This document shows positions 45,201 to 57,200 of a DNA stretch of 64,000 bases, one piece after another (the stretch's first letter is position 1; each line of letters begins with the position of its first letter). The notes under the pieces were generated by a model. It was given only the letters and a program-made list of their open reading frames with translations. It ran no database searches and was not told the origin of the DNA. The stretch comes from Candidatus Omnitrophota bacterium (GTDB lineage: Bacteria; Omnitrophota; Gorgyraeia; Gygaellales; Profunditerraquicolaceae). The stretch lies in contig JAUSED010000005.1 in assembly GCA_030650425.1 (NCBI GenBank), forward strand, positions 14,932 to 78,931, in the 5' to 3' direction. The position numbers and the translations under genes were made by a program.

Positions 45201-48200
45201 CTTATTTAGGAAACTTCGAGACTATCCCCGGATAAAAATAGGCCCTTGGAATGCTTATTTGGAAGAGCCCAAGGGATTAGCTAGAAGAATTGATTTAAAC
45301 GATCGTAATTTTTCTCTTAGAGAAACTGTTGGACAGGCGTTGCCTCTAGAATATTATTATCAGACAAATATGGAAGAGTTTGGGTTTAGTAAATACGTCC
45401 ACACTGAATATCCTTATGTTGGGCAAACAAGTTATTGCTTGGGGGGAGAATTTTTAGTGACTGAAGAGAACAAAGCCGATTATAAGGTGATTTATTTCGG
45501 AAAGATAAACAATCCAGATGGGCGCTACGAGGCAGAGATTTTGATTTACTACGCGGTAGTAAGTCATGCGATTCACATTGTCATAAAGGACGCAAGCAGA
45601 GATAGTTTTATTTTTGGGAGCAGTGCGAAGCGGGGCGAACTGGATTGGGATAAGGCTATGATTATTATGTACTTAGGAGAGGGTTTCAATGTTAAAAATG
45701 TGACGCATAAGGTAACTCCTATGGGGATGTCACGTTCTATGATAGCGATTGTTATCGAGGATGCGCATATTAGTAGATTTTTACCTGAACTATACCGGAT
45801 TTTTCGGATTCTTCTTGGGCTTCCAGAAGTCAATGAACAGACCAGAAGGGATGAGAAGATAGATAGCGCTATTGTTCCTTTAAGTTTAATCGTTAAAGCT
45901 AATGAAAATCCCGGAGATCTTAACGAAGATGAGATTGAGCGGGTCAAATCTTTTGTTTCTTATAAGAGTTGGGCGCTCAAGAGGATTGGGTTGGATACCT
46001 TAAAGAGGTTGCGTGGTGTAGGCAGGGTCACGGATAGCGACGTGGAAAAGTACGACAACGCAGGCCTAATGAGAAATGCTAATGAGGATTTATTACAGAT
46101 TGATAGATTGTTAAGGAGCGATAAGAAGTTATTGAACGAGGCTTTGAATAATTTAAATATACAGGCTGGTCCTGTTAAGCAGATGGAGCTGGAATATTTC
46201 GAGAGAGGGAATAATAAACAGGTGTATGTCAAATTTTGTGACGAAGAATTACCGACTATGGCTGTTTCTGTTATTCGCTATGGCAGCTTGGGAGTGGAAT
46301 TCAATAAACTGGCCATCATTGAATCGATGAGGCTCTGGGAAGACTTATCCGGAAATAGCATAGAAGAGATCGTGAAACTTGGCAGTTATCGCCTTATGGA
46401 AGATTATCGCCCTCGTTTTAGCGATATCAGCTTTTTGCCAAACGCCAGATATGAAGGCTATATCGATGTGAGTAGATTTATTTACAACAATATTGTTATT
46501 GTTTTCAGGGAATTTGCCGAAGGACGAAATTTGAAAAAGGTTTTAGATGATCCCCATGTTTCAGAAGCCCAAAAACATCTAGCGTTAGAGTCAGCCATTA
46601 GGACATATTTAAGGTTCTGGATAAAATCTAAGAATAAGGAAGGGCAGAGGCTATTTATTGGTGATCCCACGCCATTTAACATTGTTCTTCTTGAGAAGGA
46701 AGAAGGTTATTCCGGGAAGATCATTGATTTAGATGGTATTCAGGTAGTTAAGTCTCTTGAGGATTGTTTAACGATTCTTTTTAACGTTGGTTATGGCCGG
46801 AATACGATTTTAAAGATTGCGAAAGAGGTGAAAGATGCCGGAAACGTTAGTTCTCCCGTATCGTTAAGACACCGGATATATATAACAAGCCTTGGAGGAG
46901 GTTCAGGGCCCCAGAGACTGGCCAAGGGTATTATTCGCTATAACTGTTTTCTTTCTAATATTATAACCGTTTTTGATAATGCTGGGAGTACTGGCATTAT
47001 GCGCAGGGCTTTAGATATTCCTGCCGTAGGGGATTTACGCAATAGGCTTGTTACCCTGCTGCCTGAAATCAAAGAAAACAAAGTAATAGAAACGATATTC
47101 AATTATAGGTTTCCCGAGGAAAGAGAAACTAGAAAAAATAATGAAGAACTAACGGAGGAGTTAAGAAAAATAATTAAAATTAGTGAAAAAAGTTTAGGGA
47201 TAAGAGTGCCTAAAGTAAAAAAAGAATTTTTGCAAGGTTTAATAGAATACTTTATTCAGGAAAAGATTAAAAAGGAGCATGGATTCAGATTGTTTGAAGC
47301 GAATGTGGGTAATATCATCTTAGCGGGTAGATATTTCAGAGAGAAAGAAGATTGGGTTTCGATTATGAAAAAATTATGCGAGCTCTTTGGCGTAAATCGA
47401 TATGCGAAATTGATTCCTGTGAGTTCAGAGAATTTGGATATTGCCGCGCGTCTTGAGAATGGAGAGATTTTTTACGGAGAGCATGAGATTGCTTTTCGGC
47501 CAGATCAGGAAGCGAAGATTAAGGAAATATTCTTTGTTAAAAGAGGTTCACAAGAGAAAGCCGATTTACCTGAAGCCACAGAAGAAGCCTTAAATGATAT
47601 TGGAACCGCAGATATAATTATTATTGGCCCCGGGAGTATAACTAGTTATATCCCTGTTTTGTTAACTCGTGGAATTGCGGGAGCAATCAGACAATCTCAG
47701 GCGGCTAAGGTTTTGCCGGTCAATATTTCTTGGTATAACTTTAGAGAAGGCTTTGCGGAAGCCAAAGGATTAGCAGCTAGTGATATGGTGAGAATGGCAT
47801 TTGAATCGTTAAGAAACGCGGATGAACAGCCTAGTAATAGGATTAGCGATTACATTCAATATGCTTTATTGAATCTTCCAGTTTCCACTCAATTCTATCA
47901 TATTCCAGCTGATCTAGACAATATTCGCGCAATGGGGGTAGAGCCAATCGTTTCTAACTTTGAAGATGATTCTACGCCCGGTTATCATAATTCAGAAAAA
48001 ATCGCCAAAGCAGCTACAGAAATATATAAGCATTATCTTAATAATCGGACAGATAAGCCAAGTTCGCCTGTAGAATATAAAATTATTCCTATTGGTTTTG
48101 CCGATGATATTTTACAGATTTTAGACAAATTAAATATTAAAGGCGGTAGTATTGAAATTTCAAATGGCAAAGATTGGCTTACTAGAGAAGTGTATGAATT

Positions 48201-51200
48201 TGTGGATATATTGGTTCAATATCTCTTGTCGTTTGAGGATGTGAGGACTTTGAGATATTGGAGGGATGATTTAAAATTTGCCTTAAGGGAGGCGATCGAT
48301 AACTCGATTGCGCATGCAAAGGGAAAAGTTTGGATAATCTGGGGAGTAAAAGAAAACAAACTTATTTCTGAAGTTAAGGACGAAGGAGATAAAAAATTTG
48401 AATTGAATACTATAAGCTCGGGGAAAAGAATTTTAGACAAATTTTCTGATCCATTTTCGGATGGCAAAGGTATTGGGCTTAAAATTATAAAGAATTGTGG
48501 CGCGGATAATGTATATATTGTTCTTCTTCTGGATAGTTCTGAAAAAATTATTGGGAATAAGCTTGTTTTAGAGAAATCATTCTTCAGCTCTCCGGTAGAG
48601 GCAGCAGAAGGAAGGATGCAAATCTTGACTTATAGAATAAGTTATAACAGTAAATTTGAGGCAATGGTTATTACTGCTTCAAGCGCTATTTTACTAAAGC
48701 CAAGCGGAGCTAATTTTTATCTTTTGGATCAGCCTATCGCAGGCTCCCCGCTTAAAAATAGATTTACGGGGCTTGCTCCGCCTACGAAGATTGATCCTGC
48801 CGCAGCATTTAATCTTTCCAATACAGATGTTTCTTACACAACTTCTTCTTTACCAATAGGTTCCATAAACGCTCTACAATACCATTACTTAACTTTAGAA
48901 TCTGGAGATAAGTATTGTGTTCCCGGAATTGCCAGAATTGGCGTCTCCTCTTCTCCATTGTTATCTTCGGAGATATTGGGCTTAGTAGTATTATTATTTC
49001 TATTATCATCATTCGTAGTCGCTTGCGTAGTAGGATTGATTTATAAACTTATATCAACATTAGTATTGATTTCTAAACGTATATCAAAGAATGGCACAGA
49101 AGAGAGATCTTGGATAGAAGTTGCAGTAGAAGAGTTGGAAAACATGCCCATATTCCCCGTATACAAAGAAAGAGAAATAGAGGAGCTAAATAAACGTATG
49201 ATAATTTTTGGGCAGCTATTGAGAGAAAAAGAAAGAGGCATAATTGTTATTAGTAATTTGAGGCTGATAGGAAATGATTATTATGAAAGTAACCTTAGCT
49301 GTATGTTGGATAAATATATTAGGAATAATAATTTAGAAACCAATTTGCTTATTCAACTCGTAACCTCAGATGTTAAAAGTTTTGCAAGAGTTTCTTCAAG
49401 GATCTTACGTGAGAGAAGCGAGATTAAGCGTAACAAGATAGCTGTAGAGTTAATAGAAGATTTATCGAGGATGCCCAAAAGATTCACAGTGTTTGCTGAT
49501 CTGCATTCTGGAGGAAATACATCGATTGATAATGTTTTATATTTTAGCAAATTGGAAGAACTAAAGAGGCAGCTTACCGCTGAAAATTACATCTCTAGTA
49601 GTCCTTTAGTAGGAGATAATTCTTCTCTTCAAAGATTAAATATAAAGTTAACTAAGCAGGCCTTATCTCGGGGTAGAGTAGATTTAACCAAAATATATGA
49701 TTCTAAGCTTAAGTATTTTTTAAGATTCTTGGTTAAAAATAATCTTGAGGATATAATCCTTATGGGTGGTGGTGTCAGGGATATATTCTTTGATTCCGAG
49801 ATAACCGATGCGGATGTAAGCATTAAATTATGGCTAACTATAGAGGAGGTAGCCATTTTTGATAGATATCCGCGTTATCCCGCTAACTCAAGAATATACC
49901 ACCGCGTATTAGAGTTAACTGAAAAATTATCCTTGGCATTGGGAGAAGAAGAAAATAGCCTGCTATGTTTTAACCACAACCACAAAGTGTATTTTAACGG
50001 CTTAGAGGTTCAGTATGCCGGGCCAAGGGAGGTTACTGCTGTAAGCGGGCAAAAAGTTGTGATCAACCGTTTCACGGTAGATTCTACTACAAGAAGAGCG
50101 TTTACCTATGTCTGTGGGGCGTCTGCACTTTTAATGGGCCTGGATTGTTTTGGTAATTTATACGGGTTTTATCAAGAAGCGCTTGAAGATTTACTCGCAG
50201 GCAGGACAAGATTAATTGGCAGACATAATTTTACCTTTGGTATGTTATTGCGTATGCTTAGGCTAAAGCATCAATACGGACTTAAAATACCTAAAGATGA
50301 CTGGGGTTTTTGCCTTGAAGAACTACATAAATGGAAGCAGAGTGGTTTGTCTAACCTTATTTGGACTCCAGTAATAGATGAACAGTTAGAAAAGGTTATT
50401 TATAAAGCGCGAGATAAAAAGTCGGCAGAAAAGGAGTTACGCTTTTTAGGGGTAATAGAATTGGCTGCGAATTTGAAGAGAAGTTCTAGCCCTCTTAAGA
50501 CAGGCGCATTGGTTGGGACGAGGTTTGAGCAACAAGTTGCCCGGTTGATGGGCGTGGGGTCCCTTAGCGAAACCCTACGTGGTATTGATACTAGAACTAA
50601 GGAAGAATTAGCTAACGGAGCTATAGGGCAGATTAGCTCGTTCTTAGCGGCAAAAGGCCTTTCTCCGAATGAGAATAAAGCGGAATTAGCCAAACAAGAA
50701 GCTGCTGAAGGGGTAGAGGAATTAATACTTGACGTAGATAAAATTATGCTTAATCTTCGTCCCAGCTCGCCGGTAATAGGTAATGTTGGCGGCTTAAATG
50801 AAGAGAGAATAATCGAAGAAGACGCGCGGAGCATATTACATGATGCGCCTAGCTTCATAGGAGAAATAATCTTGAGGATATTTAACGATAAATTAAATCA
50901 AAATGATATCCGCAAGATGGATATTATTTCTATAGGCGAGGGCGGCTATTCTACTGTATTTAAAGTAACCATTAATGATAAATATGCCTTTGTTCTTAAG
51001 ATTACGGGTGGGAAAGGAAGGGAATTATTTCGTTCTGATTTGGAAGACAGGTCGGATTGCGTGCACATGATAAAGCTGTATTCACGGGATCACTTGGCTG
51101 TTCAGGGTAGCTGGAAGCCAGTAGAATATAAAAATAATTATTGGTATTTAAATACCCAAGAGTTCGTTAATCCTATTGATGCTAAAGAATTAAGCGAAGA

Positions 51201-54200
51201 AGATGGCCTATCGATTATCAAGGACACAGTTAAGGCCTATTTTATCACTTGCGGAATTGATGAGAAAGGATGGAGGAAAAATAAGTTACCTTATATATTC
51301 TCGTTCCCCATAGACGTAAAGCTCGCAAATGTAGGTTTTATTATAAAAGAGGGTAGAAAGATAATTAAAATATTTGATATTGATTTGGCTAGAGATTCCA
51401 CTCCTTTTAGGATTTGGCTTGTTTTAGGCACATTAATGATACGAGCTTGGAGTAATAATAGCGCAGAGGCGATATTTAAAGGGATAGAAGAAGCAATGGG
51501 CAAGAAGAGTGCTAACGAGTTTATAAATATAGCTTATAACGAATATACGGATTTACTTTCTGAACCAAACTTTACAATTAAAGAAAAAGAAGAGGGAGAC
51601 ATTGAGATGTCCGAAACAGTACCTGATTCTTACGGTAAGCATACCCGTATAACGAAGGTATCTAAGCAATTGATAAAATGGTTTGTTGAGCGATCAAGCT
51701 CGCCGGTGGGCAAATTTAGTATTATTAAAGGCATGGATGTAGATAGTAGATTAGTGGATGGAGTAACCAATATTAATTACGCTATAGGTAATCAAAGATA
51801 TGCTTGTTGGGTGGATGATAATGCAGCCATTATTAGTAGAGCTAGCGTTTACACTAATCATACCGTGATTGCCTATCTAGGAAATATAATAATAGGTTAT
51901 ACGGTGTTCGGGCCGCTATTTCATTATCCTATTTATGTATATCAAATGGCAGTTATGCCGAGGTATCAAAGTAGAGGTATAGGAGCAGGGCTATTTAAAA
52001 AATTAGTAGATTTTTCACAAGCCCAGAATATTCATAAGATAACCTGCCATGTGAGTATTAATAATCCCTCTGGAGAATTTTACTTTAAATTACCTTATAG
52101 GCTCAAAGAAATCGCTGATATTGAATACGTTCCAGATGGTATAGCTCCCGATAGTAGTCAGATTCTTAGAGTTGAATATAGGATAGAAGCTTCAGGCAAA
52201 AATGCTTTAAAATCCAGCTCTCCGGCGGAGAACTACCGAATTCACAATAGAAGTAGCCAGGAGCCAAAAGTATCTTTACTGTTTTCAGCAGTTACTACTA
52301 TTGATAAATTTACGCGGAATCACGTGTTTAGTATTATCGTCCTTGGTGTGTTTGCTTATGTATTTCTTAAACTGGGATTGTATCCGGATAGGATCATCAG
52401 CGGTAAAGCAAGCGGATATTTTGATATCTGCCTGGAAGCTGTCAAGGCCACAGTTCTTAATAAAGAATTTCTATGGAAAACGGGCCTTGTTTATCTTGTT
52501 TTCGGCACGCTAACGGATTATTTAGCAAAGCGCGCAAACAGAGAGACGTATTCATGGAAAGCGTTTAAAGGGGTTATAAAATATTCTATTCTAAAGGCCG
52601 TTTTTGTCTTTGTGTTCTTTATTGCCATTGCCGGGTTGGATAAATTTTGGCGCGTAATCTTCTCAGGAATTTTGCTTGGTTTTATCCTCTTGAATATCCG
52701 CAAATGGATGTTCTATTCTGAATATCAGGAAAAAAAATCAGAGGCATTGAAAAAGCGGACATCCGAGATGTATTGGCTGACGCGGATATGGATTTTTGGC
52801 CAGAATTTTATTGTGCAGGTTTTGTTTCCCATAGAGCGTAGGGCGTTAGCCAATGCCATAATTTCACAGCTGCATTCTTTGTACAATAGCTATGGATTGC
52901 ATGAACAGGGACCGTCTCTTATTAAAAGAGAGCTTTTGGTAACTAAGATAGAAAGCTCGCTATTTATAAGATGGCTAAGGTATGCCCAGAAGGCCTTAAA
53001 TGATTTCATTGTAGTTAAGTTTTCGCGCGCGAAGGTTAAATTTATTAATAAGTTCTTTGGCAGGGCTTGGGATAATTCTGCCGCACTCATAGTCTTTGGT
53101 TCTATTGCGCCATTTGTTATAGCGATTGATGCGCTGCGTAAAAATAGTTTTCTGAAGAATAAAGCAGCTGGGATCTTACAAGATCAACGGGGGAAATCTG
53201 TCGATCTTGATTCTGGCCCCTCCAGCTCGCCGGTGGAGTTAGAAAAAGCCAATAAGCAGTTTATACTTGAACAATTAAAAGAAGCTTTCTTGGGAGAATA
53301 CAATCGTTCCTTTGAAGGAACGTATGGAGTGGAATTGATAAATTCTGTTTTTGATATTGTTACACTTTTACAGGATGAAAATGTTATCCACAAAAAACAA
53401 ACAGCCCATAACCTACTCTTCACCAAAACAGAGCAAGGTTTATCAAAAGTCTATATCTTTCCCAGAAAATTCCAGACCCCTAGTGAACTTGGTACTGGTG
53501 TCGCTTTTTTTGAATTAGGCGGTGAGTTGATTGCTTTGATCAAGGAACATAAAGACATCCCAGCAGATAGTAAAATAACCAAAGCCTACGAGGATATTAC
53601 TAGCGTAGAAGAACTTATTCCAGAACTCGAAAATACCAGCTTGCCTGAACAGGAATTAAAAAATTTGAAAGAAAAGGTCGTTAAGAGGTTTATTGCCAGC
53701 TCACCGGTGAAGAAGATAATAAAGATTAACTTACTTCAGCAGCCCCTTGAAATCTTCTATGGAGATGGCTGCTCCTTTAAGAATAGCACGCAGGGTTCCG
53801 GGTTTGATAGAGCTAGAACCATGGAGAGGAACAACAACTCGGCGGGTCAAGTCTTGAGAATGGCCGGGATGGGCAAATTATCTTCTTTCATAGTTTCTAT
53901 ATATAATGAAACTGCCTCTTTTGCGTTACGTATAGCTTCCTCCAGAGTTTCTCCTTGCGTAGCGCAACCTGTCAAGCTGGGTATAGTTACAGAGAATCCT
54001 CCAGAAGGCTCTTTTTCAAGTATTATTTTAAATCTGCGTAGCATTTTTAACCTCCTTCTTGATAACATAGAGTATAACCTCTTCGGTAAAGTAAGTCAAG
54101 CCAAAACTGCGGATGCATTATTTAGCGTCCAATTTGCCCATAGCTCGCCAGTGGAGCCAAAAGGAACAAAATCGGCCTTACCTTATCTAATAAATATAAT

Positions 54201-57200
54201 AACTTTTGAGAGTAAACTTGGGGCAATGGTGATTGTTGCTTCAAGCAGCATTTTAGTAAAGCCGGATAGCAAGGCAAGTTTGTATCAAAAGAGTATTAGA
54301 GCAAGCTCTTCGCTTAAAGGTATCCACACAGGGCTTTCTCCCCCGGAAAGAATTTATTATACCGCCTCATTCAATCTCTCTATCGCAGATATTTCTTCCA
54401 AAACTTCCTCTTCGCCAATAGGTTCCATAAACGGTCTACAATATCTTGTGTCCCCGGAATTAACCCTTATGATTTTAACAGGCCTTAAATTTATTGTAGG
54501 GATATTGGGTATAGTAGGATTGATTTTGCTCTTTAAGATAATAAAACGAAGATATAAGCGTATAGAAAAATACAGAATTGAACATTTCTTTGCCCGAATA
54601 GATAAGGGAGATATCCGGGGAAAGGATGATTATGATAAATTGATAAAAATGATCAATAAAGAGATTTATATCTCGCCATCCCTTTTTCCATCCCCTTTCT
54701 CTTATAAAACATATTTCCACGAGGCAGCGCTGCAGAGATTTGGCAAATTCATAGGCTTTTATTTCTCCGAGATGCTTGGTTCTCTTACGTCTTTGAAAGG
54801 AAGGGGAGTCTCAGAGCAGAGGCATATTTTTAGAGGATACGCCTTCTTACCCATAAATGTTTTATATCGTGTTTTATCTAGTGATGAATATAAGGGTATG
54901 CAGAATATAGCTTCTAAGCATATGGAAACTTTGCTGGGAAAAATAACGGATATAGAGCCCTTAAAGATGCTGGTTAATTGTTACGATGGCCCAATTTGCG
55001 GTATGGTCGGTTTTCGTCTTGGCAAAATAGCAGATGTATCACTTATTCCTCTTATGGCAACTTGGTACAATAGCTGGGGAAATGAGCGTATTGCTGCTGC
55101 TGAAGCCTTAGGGTCTTTGATAGGCAAGATTATAAGCGATATGAATATTGATTATTTAGAGATGGTTTTGATGGACCCTCGACTTGGAGACTTTCATGAG
55201 CCTGTTTTTGGCGCTCTCTGTCTCGCGCTTGGGGAGAAACGCAGAGAGAAACATATTCAAGGAGAAAAACTGGAAAGGTTTGCCAAGCTTTTGGCAGGCT
55301 TTATCAAGGGTAAGAAAGGTGAGGTTACAACCCGTGCCGCAGGCTGTTTAATCCAATTAGGAGAGCCTGCAATGATGATATATCTTCAAGACTTGACAGG
55401 AACGAAAACTGGTATGCCTGAACAACTCCCTATACTGCCTGATATAATCAAGTGGGCTACCGAGAATCTTCAAGATATATCTATATTAGGAAAGCTTTTG
55501 TCTGAAGAGAGATATACCGGGGATAATGAGGATTTAAGAATAACAATTATTAAAAGCTTAGCTAAGATAGCTTCCCCTGAGGCTTTTGGGACTATGATTG
55601 AGTTTTTGGATAGAAATATAGGTCCCGGAGGTATCAATAAATGGGAAGTCGCGGAGGATATGTTTTTATCGCTAGTCCGCCGGAAGAAGGCAGAGGATAT
55701 GGTTTTATCGTTAGCCCTTAAGAATGTAAAATTATTGCCCTTTGCATTAGTTTTGCTAGGAGCAACAGCTGTTCGTAGTATTATTGTTTGGCGAAAGGTG
55801 ATGAAAAACCTTGGTGAAGGTTTAATAGATAGCATAGTGAAGCAATATGAAGAAGCGCCTAAAAATGAGCGCTTAAAAGTTGAAATTGTCAGGACCTTGG
55901 GAGAGAATAAGGTTAGGGTTAAAGAAGCGATTGATGTGCTTGAGCGAGCTCTTGAGGAGAAGTTTCCTTCCTTCCTTTCTTTACATGCCGCCTTGGCGCT
56001 TTTAGAAATCGATCCCTGCCGCTCCTGCCACTACAAGATGAAGTTAGAAAAACGTAATTTTTTAGATTCAATTTACTGGCCACGAAGAATTCTTACGGCC
56101 AAAAAAGGCAAATATGTTTTACAAATTGTAATAGATGCTAGAGGTGTTTATCGAATATTTAGGCCTGGCCAAAGACCAAAGAATTTTAGAAAGATACCCC
56201 TGAAATTAAAAAGCATATTTGATAGGGGTAGAGGGCTTATAGAACCAGCGATTGCCCCTGAGAAAAAATCAAGAATTGACGAATTCCTGGAGTTGGCAGC
56301 GCAATTAAACAAGAAAATTTACTCCAGCTCGCCGGTGGAGGCAAAAGCGGCTGGAAATCAGGGAGCCAACTGGCGGCGGGCCAATTTTTCACCCGAGACC
56401 TCACTGCTCTTTGCTATCTTTCCACTCCAAGAGCAAAAGAGGGCTCTTAAAAGATACAGGGCCTTAATGCGGGATGCGGCCAAGATTATCCCAGAGTATA
56501 ACAGGCCAGAAAAAAATGTAGACAGTTTATCCATCTCATCGCCTGTCAATGAGTTAGAAAACAAATCCGCAACGATAGGCCGCTCCAGCTCGCCGGCGGA
56601 AGAAAATAATTTGATAGAAAGGTTATTTCCGGTAGGCGTCTTCTCGAGTATCTACTCCATCGATGACAATGCTCCCGCTGACAAGATAGAAACAGATACG
56701 ATATTTCCCAACTCTAAATCTATGAGTGGCGGGAGGCAAGTTAACCAGAGGCTTTGCGAAATAAAGTGGTTTACCGGAAAAAATGTAGAGGTCGATCTTT
56801 TCTATGACGCGTTTCTGCAGTGGAAGAGAAAGCTTTTTAAATTCCCGTTCGCCGGCAGGAGTGAACTCAACCTTGGTAAGCATAGCAGGATTCAGGACAT
56901 CCCTAATTTATGCTTAATTTTATCAAAGGAGACCAATCCTAGCGCTTGGGCCTCCTCAATTCCTCTCTTTAATCTTGAAGCTAGTTTAGGATTAATCGGC
57001 AGGCGCTCTTCAATCCCATCAATAAGCCAGCCACCAGGATTAGAGAAGACGTATTCTTTAGCGGGAGCAGACTTCTCAAATCTGTCGTCAAACGCGCAGA
57101 GTAGATCCCACAGGGAGCCTGTATCAAAGATAAAATATTTCGGGGCTCCATTTTTATCCACAACGGCCGCGGCCTTGAAGTCCTTAAGTTCCGATTTCTT

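Noticed and set aside
54045-54068. Longer HicB start given in the ORF track
   Set aside because: The extension contains the AGGAGG SD and begins 2 nt from the -10 box; ATG 54044 fits better
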